Shown here: positions 8,440 through 16,137 of the stretch, one piece after another
Layout of the letters: each line of letters begins with the position of its first letter
Numbering within the stretch: position 1 is the stretch's first letter
NCBI GenBank assembly: GCA_964534375.1
Contig: CAZHPN010000116.1
Location: 1-19,805, forward strand
Source: an uncultured bacterium
GTDB taxonomy: Bacteria; Lernaellota; Lernaellaia; Lernaellales; Lernaellaceae
Length of the DNA: 19,805 nucleotides
Direction of reading: 5' to 3'
Program-made: the position numbers and the translations under genes
Notes under the pieces: generated by a model
What the model was told of the DNA's origin: nothing
Seen by the model: the letters and a program-made list of their open reading frames with translations, nothing else
Database searches by the model: none

Positions 8440-9087
8440 ATGAAACCGTTGCGACCGAGTCCGAGACAGCAGGATGTCTTGAATACGATCGTCGCCCAGC
8501 AGGAGAGCCTGGGGCGGTCGCCGACCGTGCGCGAAATCGCGCAGGCGCTCGGCGTCGGCTCCACGGCGACCGTGCATCAGCACTTGCGCGTATTGGAAGC
8601 GAAGGGCTACCTCGCCCGGTTGCGCTATCGTCATCGCGCCCTGCGGCCGTTGTCGCCGCCGCACCGGCCGGCCGCGCCTGCGGCGCCCGACCGGGTGGAA
8701 ATGACGCGGACGCCCCTGCTCGGGTTGATCGCCGCCGGCCGGCCGATCGACGCCATCGAAACCGTCGACGACGACGCCTACGTCGATGTCCCGTCGTCGT
8801 ATCTCGCGGCGGGCGAGCACTTTGCGCTGCGCGTCGTCGGCGAGTCGATGATCGACGACGGCATCCTTGACGGCGACCTCATCCTGGTGCGCCGGCAGGA
8901 CCGCGCCGATGCGGGCCAGACAGTCGTGGCGCTGATCGACGGCGAAGCCACGGTCAAGAAACTGTACTTCCGCGGCGCCGAAGCCGAGTTGCGGCCGGCG
9001 AACGCAACGATGCAATCGTTTTACGTGCCGCGCGACCGCCTGGTCATTCAGGGCGTCGTGGTGAGCCTGGTGAGGCGATACCGATGA
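8440..9087 (+). CDS. lexA: SOS repressor LexA (215 aa)
   Basis: wHTH SPTVREIAQALGVGSTATVHQHLRVLEAKGYL. Ala-Gly cleavage site in LGLIAAGRPI. Catalytic Ser (VVGESM) and Lys (EATVKK). ATG 8440 with GAGG. Confidence 0.96.
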   Translation: MKPLRPSPRQQDVLNTIVAQQESLGRSPTVREIAQALGVGSTATVHQHLRVLEAKGYLARLRYRHRALRPLSPPHRPAAPAAPDRVEMTRTPLLGLIAAGRPIDAIETVDDDAYVDVPSSYLAAGEHFALRVVGESMIDDGILDGDLILVRRQDRADAGQTVVALIDGEATVKKLYFRGAEAELRPANATMQSFYVPRDRLVIQGVVVSLVRRYR

Positions 9088-9535
9088 AAGAGAATTTGCG
9101 CCTGGTCCCGGCGACGGGCGGCCCGGCGGCGCGCCGCTCCCGCTGCAATTCGCGAACGAGCTGTTTCAACCCGCGCTCGAGCTTGCACTCCCAGAGGATT
9201 CTGCACCGCCAGCCGCTCTTGCGCAGGCTCTTCACGTTGGTCTGGTCGCGCTGGCGGTTGCGGGAAATCTTCCTCTCCCAGTAATCGCGGTTGGCCGCTG
9301 GCATGCGCGAACGCTTGCAGCCGTGCCAGTGCCAGAAGCAGCCGTGTACGAAGACGACGATCCGGAAGCGCGGCAGCACCAAATCCGGCGTGCCCGGCAG
9401 GTCTCGCCGGTGCAACTGATAGCGGAAGCCGGCCGCGTGCAGGACGCGGCGGGCGCGCAATTCCGGAGTCGTATCGTTCGAACGCACCCGCCGCATGATT
9501 TCGCTGCGGGCCGAGCGGGTGAAGGTGTCGGTCAT
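9044..9535 (-). CDS. vsr: Very short patch repair endonuclease Vsr (163 aa)
   Basis: D.F....RS.IM.RVRS.DT.PE, GFRY.LH..DLPGTPDLV, FVHGCFWH.H.C, YW..KI.RN..RD, GW....WEC. ATGA overlap with the upstream methyltransferase. Confidence 0.96.
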   Translation of the reverse strand: MTDTFTRSARSEIMRRVRSNDTTPELRARRVLHAAGFRYQLHRRDLPGTPDLVLPRFRIVVFVHGCFWHWHGCKRSRMPAANRDYWERKISRNRQRDQTNVKSLRKSGWRCRILWECKLERGLKQLVRELQRERRAAGPPVAGTRRKFSFIGIASPGSPRRPE

Positions 9536-10815
9536 GGTTTTCGGCCGGCCGCCCAGCGTTGCGCTTTCGCCAGCAGCTTCTCCACCAGTGCGCGATCCAA
9601 GCGCGGCCGGCCTTCCAGAGCGGCGGCTTGGGCACGGCAGGCCGCGGCCAGCGGGTCAAGCAGATGGCGCGCCAGGTGCGCGACGGCCGGCGCGGCCACG
9701 GCGTCGCCCATCGCAAAATAGGCGTCGTTGTGAACGGCGGGCAGCGGAAACGCGTCGGGCACGCCCATCAGCCGGGCGGCCTCGCGGGGCGACAGCAGGC
9801 GCGACAGCGTGCGGTCCGGCCGCACGATCAGCACCGTCTGCCGGCTCGAACCGCCCGCCGGCGTGCGCAGGCAGCCGGCGCAGCCGTCGAATCGCACCTC
9901 GGCCCGTTGCCGGCCGGCGCGGGTGCGTTTGTAGAGCATGCCGATGACGCGTTCGCCGCCGCGGCGCGCGCGTTCCCTGGCGGCTTCGCATTTGCGCCGG
10001 TGGTTGTCGTCCATCAACGAGAGCAATCGTGCGGTTTGCTCGGCCGAGTGCAGCCGTGCGTCCGGCGGATCGTCGCGGTCGACGATCGCGGCGAGCGTCG
10101 TGTCCGGGGGCGGCGGGGGCGGCAAGCGCCACCAGATCCAGCGTGCGGCCAACGCCGCCGGCAATTCCTCGCGCGCCCGCTGCAGCCGCGGCGGAAACCA
10201 CGGCTTGCTGCGCCAGTCCGGGTCGGCCAGCGAGGCGACGTCCAGCCGGTCGTCGGCCGCGAGCAAAAACACGCGCGGCCGCGACTGCGGCAGGAAATGC
10301 CGGGCGTCGACCAGCAAGGCGCCGAAACTCATCTGTAACGCCGCCAGCGCCTCTGCCGCGCCGGCGAAGGCGTCGCCGGCCAGCAGGCCGGCCACGTTCT
10401 CCAGCACGACGATCGGCGGCCTGCGGCCTTCACGGTGCAGATCGTGCATCAACTTCCAGAACGGCCAGAAAGCGCCGCTGCGCGGGGCGGTCAGACCTCG
10501 CTGCGCCCCGGCGAGCGAGAGGTCCTGGCACGGAAACGACGCCCAGGAAAGCACGGCGCCGGGCGGCAAATCCGCCGCGCGGACGGCGGCGACATCACCC
10601 TCGTGCAGACCGTCGTCGCCGAACCAAGCGCGATAGAGCCGCGTTTTCTTTTCGTCCCAGTCGATCGCCCAGCGGCACGTCCAGGCCGGGCTGAGCCCGA
10701 TTTCCACCAAGCCGGCGCCGGAAAAGAAATTGTAATACGGCACGGCGCCCGCCGGCGGCGGGATCGGAGTTGCAGCGGGCGGGACGCGATACGGCGAATC
10801 GGAATGAGGCGCCAC
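9532..10815 (-). CDS. dcm: C5 cytosine DNA methyltransferase (Dcm family), orphan (427 aa, start uncertain)
   Basis: Motif I FFSGAG, IV ASFPCQDLSLAG (catalytic Cys), VI LENV, VIII PQSRPRVF, IX RLLSPREAARLMG, X GDAV. Target-recognition region CLRTPAGGSSRQ. GTG start 15 nt after the FHA gene stop. Confidence 0.93.
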   Translation of the reverse strand: MAPHSDSPYRVPPAATPIPPPAGAVPYYNFFSGAGLVEIGLSPAWTCRWAIDWDEKKTRLYRAWFGDDGLHEGDVAAVRAADLPPGAVLSWASFPCQDLSLAGAQRGLTAPRSGAFWPFWKLMHDLHREGRRPPIVVLENVAGLLAGDAFAGAAEALAALQMSFGALLVDARHFLPQSRPRVFLLAADDRLDVASLADPDWRSKPWFPPRLQRAREELPAALAARWIWWRLPPPPPPDTTLAAIVDRDDPPDARLHSAEQTARLLSLMDDNHRRKCEAARERARRGGERVIGMLYKRTRAGRQRAEVRFDGCAGCLRTPAGGSSRQTVLIVRPDRTLSRLLSPREAARLMGVPDAFPLPAVHNDAYFAMGDAVAAPAVAHLARHLLDPLAAACRAQAAALEGRPRLDRALVEKLLAKAQRWAAGRKP

Positions 10816-10830
10816 GAGGCCGCTGGTCGC

Positions 10831-12084
10831 CTAGACCAGTTTGAGCGTGAGTTCGGTGCTGCCGAATTTGAGCACGTCGCCGTTTTTCAACAGCGTTTTT
10901 TTGGTGCGGTGGCCGTTGACGAAAACGCCGGCGCGGCTGCCGAGGTCTTTGAGCAGATACTGGCCTTTGCGATCGACCTTGATCCAGGCGTGTTTGCCGT
11001 CGATGCCCGGATAGGGCAGGAACACGGCGCACTCTTCGCGGGAGCCGATAAAAGTCTTTTCGCCGGCCGTCACCAGATCGAAGACCTGCGTGCGGCCGTT
11101 CTGTTTGCGTTCGATTAGGCACGGATTCATCGTCGTGCGGCCGGTGGTGGTGAAGAACGCCTCTTCGGTCTCGTCCTCGTACAGGTCTTCGTACTCGGTG
11201 ATTAGCTCTTCCTCTTCGACGGCGACGGCCGCTTCCCCAGGCGCGGCGGCGCCGTCGGCGGGCGGTTCGTAGACTTCCTCTTCCTCGGGCTCGAAGATTT
11301 CTTCTTCCGCGGGTTCCGCTTCGGCCAATTCGGCGGCGTATTTCTCGAGCAACGCCGCGGCGAAGTCGGGCTCCGGCGTTTGCGCGAGCGCGGCGCCTTG
11401 GTCTTCGGCGGCGGCGATTTCCACCGTCAGGGTGGCGATTTCCGCCTGGCATTTTTCAATGTCGCCGGCCAGCGGGCCGTGCAACTGTTCGAAGCCGTTC
11501 GGGTCGTCGTCGAATTCGCCGATTTCTTTGCGCAGGTTCAGTTCTTCAATCTGCAGACGCTGGCTTTCGATTTTCAGACCCAGATCTTCGCAGGTGCGCT
11601 TGCGCGCCTCGACGTACTCGGCGATCTCATGGGCTTTCTCGTCGAACTGCCGATGCCACTCCTGGCGCGTCGCGGCGAGTTCGTCGGCGTGGCGATCGAG
11701 GACGGCCTGTTGCACGGCCGCAATTTTCTCGGCGCGCCGGCGCTCGGTTTCGCGGGCAAGTTCTTCCCGGCGTTCGGCGCTCAGGCGGGCCTCTTCCTCG
11801 CGCCGGCGTTGCTCGGCGAGGAGTTCCTCTTCGAAGCGGCGCTCTTCCTCGCGGCGCGCTTCTTCCTGCCGGCGCTCCTCGGCCAGACGTTCTTCTTCGG
11901 CGATCGCGGTTTCCAATTCGGCCGCGCGGGTGTCGACGGCGGCGGCTTTCGCATCCAGTTCGGCGCGCAGTTTGTCGTACAGCTCCGGCCGCACCTTGTC
12001 TTTCTTGTCCTCGAGTTTCTGGAGTCGATCGAGAAGGTTGGCTTTTTCCTGTTTCACGATTTCGAGATCGTCGCGCAAACCCAT
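10831..12084 (-). CDS. Coiled-coil protein with C-terminal FHA domain (417 aa)
   Basis: Long E/R/K-rich helical N-terminus, acidic linker, FHA fold pattern FIG....C...L...GI...HA.I......Y.L.DLGS..GVFVNG......L.NGD.L.FG. RBS AGGAGG. Confidence 0.88.
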   Translation of the reverse strand: MGLRDDLEIVKQEKANLLDRLQKLEDKKDKVRPELYDKLRAELDAKAAAVDTRAAELETAIAEEERLAEERRQEEARREEERRFEEELLAEQRRREEEARLSAERREELARETERRRAEKIAAVQQAVLDRHADELAATRQEWHRQFDEKAHEIAEYVEARKRTCEDLGLKIESQRLQIEELNLRKEIGEFDDDPNGFEQLHGPLAGDIEKCQAEIATLTVEIAAAEDQGAALAQTPEPDFAAALLEKYAAELAEAEPAEEEIFEPEEEEVYEPPADGAAAPGEAAVAVEEEELITEYEDLYEDETEEAFFTTTGRTTMNPCLIERKQNGRTQVFDLVTAGEKTFIGSREECAVFLPYPGIDGKHAWIKVDRKGQYLLKDLGSRAGVFVNGHRTKKTLLKNGDVLKFGSTELTLKLV

Positions 12085-12124
12085 GACAGAGCCTCCTGGT
12101 GCAGCCGCAGGTTATTAAACCCGC

Positions 12125-12958
12125 CTACTCTACTAGCGCTTCCGGGGGAAAGTCCACCCGGATCAGCGTGAGGCCGTGGGCGGGCGCCGTGCGCCCGGCG
12201 AGGCGGCGATCCCGCGCCGCCAGAATGCTTTGAAAGCCTTCCGGCGAGATTCGCCCTCGGCCGACTTCGACCAACGTGCCGACGATCGCGCGCACCTGGT
12301 GCTTGAGAAACGCCGTACCGCTGATCGTCAACGCCAACAACCCCGCTTCCGGCCCGCCCGGAAACGGATGCCACGCGGCGAGCAGCGCCAATTCCGCCGC
12401 CGTCACCGCGTGCGCCTTGACCTCGTTGATTCGCCGCACCGCGTGCCGCGCCTCGCAATCCGACGCGCGAAACGAAGTAAAGTCGTGCTCCCCCACTAAG
12501 GCGTTCAACGCACTCTGAATGCCAATTATATCCAGATCGCCCGGCACTTGCCAAGCGTACCGGGCGAGAAACGGCGACCGTTCATTGCGAGTGTCGATCA
12601 GGTAGCGGTACGTGCGTTGGCTGGCGCAACGCCGCGCGTCGAAACCGGCGGGCGCGCGCTGCACGCTGCGCACCGCGATGTTGCGCGGAATGACGGCGTT
12701 CCAGGCGCGGCGCAGTTTCTCCAGATCGAAATCGAACGGCGCCGCGAAATCGCAGGGCAGGTCCAGCGCATGCACGCCGGCGTCGGTGCGGCCCGCGGCG
12801 CGCAAGGCGATGGGGATTCGCGCCACCTGCGCGAAACCCTCTTCGAGAATCCCCTGGATGCTGTAACCGCGCGGCTGGCGTTGCCAGCCGACGTAGGCGG
12901 CCCCATCGAAGGCCACGCGCGCCAGATACGTTTGCCGGTATTCGAGCGGCTTCTTCAA
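12125..12958 (-). CDS. truA: tRNA pseudouridine(38-40) synthase TruA (277 aa)
   Basis: AFDG..Y.GWQRQ, AGRTDAGVHA (catalytic Asp), FDAR..A..RTYRY, GEHDFTSF, FLKHQVR.IVG, TAPAHGL.L. TTG start 3 nt after the upstream stop. Confidence 0.96.
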   Translation of the reverse strand: MKKPLEYRQTYLARVAFDGAAYVGWQRQPRGYSIQGILEEGFAQVARIPIALRAAGRTDAGVHALDLPCDFAAPFDFDLEKLRRAWNAVIPRNIAVRSVQRAPAGFDARRCASQRTYRYLIDTRNERSPFLARYAWQVPGDLDIIGIQSALNALVGEHDFTSFRASDCEARHAVRRINEVKAHAVTAAELALLAAWHPFPGGPEAGLLALTISGTAFLKHQVRAIVGTLVEVGRGRISPEGFQSILAARDRRLAGRTAPAHGLTLIRVDFPPEALVE

Positions 12959-12961
12959 CGC

Positions 12962-13663
12962 CTAGAACTCGATCATGAACCCGAAATGGTGCCCCTGCGA
13001 TGAGAGATCGATGATGTTTTTCTGATTGAAGTTGTTGAGCCAACTATCGCGAAATTCGTAGAAGAAATAGGTGTTATTGATGCCCCATTGGGACCGCAGC
13101 AGCCCGCTGGCGCGCTTCTCGATATTGTTGAGCAGGAACATCACGCCGCCGAAGCCGGCCGCGCCGTAGTTCCACGAACGGGTCTTCCAGCCGCTGTCCA
13201 GGCGCGTCTCGTACCAATAGGCGAGCTGGCCGAAGGCGCCGAGGTAGGGGACGACCGGCTGGTCGAAGACGAAATTGAAGCGATACGCCAGACCCAGGCT
13301 GCCCGGCGCGAAATCCAGCAGATATTTGTCGGCGGTCGGCAAACCATCCTGGGGCGCGACGCCGTGGCCCGTCGCCGTGGCGAAGCCGATCGAGCCGATC
13401 AGTTCGAACTGCTGGATCATTTTCCAACTGGCGTTCATGTTGATGAAACCGACCGGTTTGTTGTTGTACACCTCGGCATATCTTTTGCTCGAGAACAACA
13501 TCAAGCCGCCGTCAAGGCTCCACGTGCCGAAGCTCGGCTTTTCGCCCCAATGCAGATCCTGGCGGGTGACTTCTTCCTCCTCTTCGGAGGCGAACGCCAG
13601 CGCCGCTGCCCCAAGAAAAATCATCGCGCCAACGATGGCCGCCGCACCGATCCAGCGCCTCAT
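12962..13663 (-). CDS. Outer-membrane beta-barrel protein (233 aa), resembles the myxobacterial MXAN_2562-type barrel
   Basis: Signal peptide MRRWIGAAAIVGAMIFLGAAALAFA, amphipathic aromatic-rich strands (YRFNFVFDQPVVPYLG), C-terminal Phe BAM motif (HFGFMIEF). ATGA overlap with the upstream gene. Family name is from recall, not a search. Confidence 0.8.
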   Translation of the reverse strand: MRRWIGAAAIVGAMIFLGAAALAFASEEEEEVTRQDLHWGEKPSFGTWSLDGGLMLFSSKRYAEVYNNKPVGFINMNASWKMIQQFELIGSIGFATATGHGVAPQDGLPTADKYLLDFAPGSLGLAYRFNFVFDQPVVPYLGAFGQLAYWYETRLDSGWKTRSWNYGAAGFGGVMFLLNNIEKRASGLLRSQWGINNTYFFYEFRDSWLNNFNQKNIIDLSSQGHHFGFMIEF

Positions 13664-14751
13664 CGCGTCACCCCGCGGCGGCGGCGAGCCAGCAACGCGA
13701 GTGCGGAAACCAACATCAGCAAGGCGGGCGCCGACACCACGCCGGGCCGGCCGGCTTCCGCGCCGGCCAGCCACGAGATCGGCGTCAAGCCGATCCGGAC
13801 GGCGGCGCGCGCGACGGGACGGCGGGACAGCCAGCGGGCCAGCGGCGGGCTCGCCGCGTAATAGCCGCGAACGAACTCGCGTCCGACCGAGGAATTCAGC
13901 AACACGCGGTCGCGGAACGCGCGCAGGTTTTTCACCAGCGGATGGTTGTAATCGCCCCACGCGGCCGTGGCGATGAAACAACCGCCGGCGTCGTTGGACA
14001 GCTCGGAAAAGCCCTCGGACACCGTCGGGATCCCGCTGATCGCGTTCGGCGGAAACGGCCCCTCGACTCCCTGCGCGTCCACGGCGGTGACCGCGAGCCA
14101 GTATTCGGTTCCGTTGGACAAGCCGGTCAGGGTGTACTGAACGAGGTTGCCCGACGAATTGAGCGGGTTGCCGATGTCGATCGGCGCGCCATAATCTTCT
14201 TGCGTGGCCGGCGGCGTTGAACTGGCCACGTAGTAAAGGTTGTAATACGAGAGGTTGGTCGCGGTCGGCGGCGGCCACGACAGGAACAACTCAGAGTCGC
14301 CGCGCCCGATGGTCAGGTCGACCACGCCGGGCTGGGTTTCGACGACGACCGACACCGAGCCGTTGCTGGTGCCGCCCCCGGAGTTCTCCACCGCGATCAG
14401 GTAGACCGTGTACGTTCCGGTGGAGGCGGTTCCCAATTGCGTGGACGAGAAGTCGGTCGTCACCGGGACGTCGGAGCCGGAGTTGAATGAGGTTTTGTCG
14501 ATGATCACGGCGCCGCTGCCCATCGTCCCGCTGCCGCCGACCTCGAGGTCGTAGACCCCGGCGCTGCTCGAACTGATTTCCCACTTGATCGACACCTGGC
14601 CGCCCGGCGAGACGATAATCGAGCCCGCGGTGCCTTCCGGCGGTTGCGACGAAACGTAGGTAACCAAGGGTGTCGCCCCCTGAGCGTGCGCGTTGCCGGC
14701 GTAAACCAGCATCACCGCCGCCGCCCAGACAATTGCGGCCGCTTTTCTCAT
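13660..14751 (-). CDS. Secreted fibronectin type III protein with CFI-box-CTERM domain (363 aa)
   Basis: Signal peptide ending AHA. S/G/T-rich beta region. FN3 (LSW...YNLYY...YTLTGLSNGTEYWLAVTAVD). GGCFIATAAWG...V..LR.FRD..L....GR.FV..YY..SPPLA, then hydrophobic segment and RRRR. ATG 14751 with GAGGGG. Confidence 0.88.
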   Translation of the reverse strand: MRKAAAIVWAAAVMLVYAGNAHAQGATPLVTYVSSQPPEGTAGSIIVSPGGQVSIKWEISSSSAGVYDLEVGGSGTMGSGAVIIDKTSFNSGSDVPVTTDFSSTQLGTASTGTYTVYLIAVENSGGGTSNGSVSVVVETQPGVVDLTIGRGDSELFLSWPPPTATNLSYYNLYYVASSTPPATQEDYGAPIDIGNPLNSSGNLVQYTLTGLSNGTEYWLAVTAVDAQGVEGPFPPNAISGIPTVSEGFSELSNDAGGCFIATAAWGDYNHPLVKNLRAFRDRVLLNSSVGREFVRGYYAASPPLARWLSRRPVARAAVRIGLTPISWLAGAEAGRPGVVSAPALLMLVSALALLARRRRGVTR

Positions 14752-14782
14752 CGAAACTGCTCCCCTCTGCGGAACACCCTTC

Positions 14783-14834
14783 AGGATATTCCGGGGTATC
14801 CTACTTGCCAACCAGCGTATGGTCAAGCATACGC
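14783..14834 (-). promoter_or_regulatory. Putative sigma70 promoter of the FN3/barrel unit with two overlapping palindromes
   Basis: Minus strand TTGACC (14826-14821), 17 nt, TAGGAT (14803-14798). GCGTATG-N6-CATACGC (14815-14834) and AGGATA-N8-TATCCT (14783-14802). Confidence 0.65.
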
Positions 14835-14869
14835 CCTCCGTAGACCGACACGACAAAGACGGCGACCGT

Positions 14870-16027
14870 TCAAACTGCGGCAATCCGGTCCATCGCCTCG
14901 GCCAGGCGTTCCTTGCTCTGGCACATCGCGATGCGGACGTAGCCCTCGCCCGCGTCGCCGAAGCCGACGCCCGGGGTGATGACCACGCCCGCTTTTTCCA
15001 GCACGCGATTGGCGTAGGCCCGGCTGTCGCCGCCGGGGGCGGCGAACCAAACGTAGAACGTGGCCTTGACCACGGGAGCGGCCAGGCCGGCCTTTTTCAG
15101 GCCGGCGGCGACGACGTCGCGGCGCTGCCGATACACGTCGGCGATCCCCTCTTTGACCGAGGGCGGCAAGCCCAGCGCCGCCACGCCCGCGCGCTGGATG
15201 GCCGAAAATACGCCGGAATCCACGTTGGTCTTGACGCGGCCGATCGCACCGACCACCGCCGCCGCGCCGGCCACGAAGCCGATGCGCCAGCCGGTCATGT
15301 TGAACGTCTTCGACAAACTGTGAAATTCCGCCGTCCGCTCGCGCGCGCCCGGAACCTGCAAGACGCTCGGCGCGCGATAGCCGTCGAAGCCCACTTCGGC
15401 GTACGCCGCGTCGTGCAGCAACGTCAGGTTATGCCGCGCCGCGAATTCGACGGCCCGTTCGAAAAATGGGAGGTCGGCGGTCGCGCCGGTCGGATTATTG
15501 GGATAATTCAGGTGCATCACGGTCGCGCGCGAGGCGACGACGCGCGGAATCTCGTCGAAATCCGGCAAAAAGCCGTTTTCGGCGCGCAACGGCATGGCGA
15601 CCGGGTTGCCGCCGGCGAAGATCGTGCCGATGCGATAGACGGGGTAACCCGGGCTCGGCACGAGCACCGTGTCGTCGATTTCCACCAACGCCAGCGCGGC
15701 GTGGGCGATGCCTTCCTTCGAACCGATCAACGCGCAGATTTCGGTGTCCGGATCGAGCTTGACGCCGAAGCGTTCCTGCATGTACCGGGCGGCGGCGGCG
15801 CGGAATTCCGGCAGGCCCTCGTACGACGGGTAGCGGTGGGTGCGCGGGTCCTTCACCGCCTCGATCAGCGCGTCGACGATTGGGTCGGGCGTCGGCAGAT
15901 CGGGGTCGCCGATGCCCAGGTCGATGACGTCGACGCCCCGGGCCAGCGCCGCCTGGCGTTTCTTGTCCAAATCGGCGAACAAATACGGCGGCAGCGAGGT
16001 GAGGCGCTGGGCCTGAATCGAACGCAT
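14870..16027 (-). CDS. dapL: LL-diaminopimelate aminotransferase-like class I/II PLP enzyme (385 aa)
   Basis: LPPYLFA, DLGIGDPDLPTP, HRYPSYEG, LIGSKEGIAH, NYPNNPTG, HDAAY, FHSLSKTFNMTGWRIG (PLP Lys), KTNVDSGVF. ATG 16027 with AGGAG. Confidence 0.82.
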   Translation of the reverse strand: MRSIQAQRLTSLPPYLFADLDKKRQAALARGVDVIDLGIGDPDLPTPDPIVDALIEAVKDPRTHRYPSYEGLPEFRAAAARYMQERFGVKLDPDTEICALIGSKEGIAHAALALVEIDDTVLVPSPGYPVYRIGTIFAGGNPVAMPLRAENGFLPDFDEIPRVVASRATVMHLNYPNNPTGATADLPFFERAVEFAARHNLTLLHDAAYAEVGFDGYRAPSVLQVPGARERTAEFHSLSKTFNMTGWRIGFVAGAAAVVGAIGRVKTNVDSGVFSAIQRAGVAALGLPPSVKEGIADVYRQRRDVVAAGLKKAGLAAPVVKATFYVWFAAPGGDSRAYANRVLEKAGVVITPGVGFGDAGEGYVRIAMCQSKERLAEAMDRIAAV

Positions 16028-16137
16028 TCTCGTCTCCTGTCGATGGTCCACGATTGTTCCGTCAGCGTGGTGGGCATGTAACATAGAAAGCGGCGCCGGG
16101 CAATCGGCGCGGGCGGGGGCGATCTAACAAACCGAGT

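Noticed and set aside
8440..9087. Prophage CI-like repressor
   Set aside because: The N-terminus is a LexA winged helix (PTVREI), not an XRE HTH, and no phage genes are nearby.
9044..10815. Complete type II restriction-modification system or mobile defence island
   Set aside because: No restriction endonuclease, integrase, IS ends or evident composition shift. Vsr is a repair nickase.
13664..14278. N-terminal 205 aa of the listed 438-aa ORF 12962-14278
   Set aside because: Alternative frame inside the FN3/CFI-box gene. The real barrel begins at ATG 13663 with a signal peptide, so no fusion or frameshift is needed.
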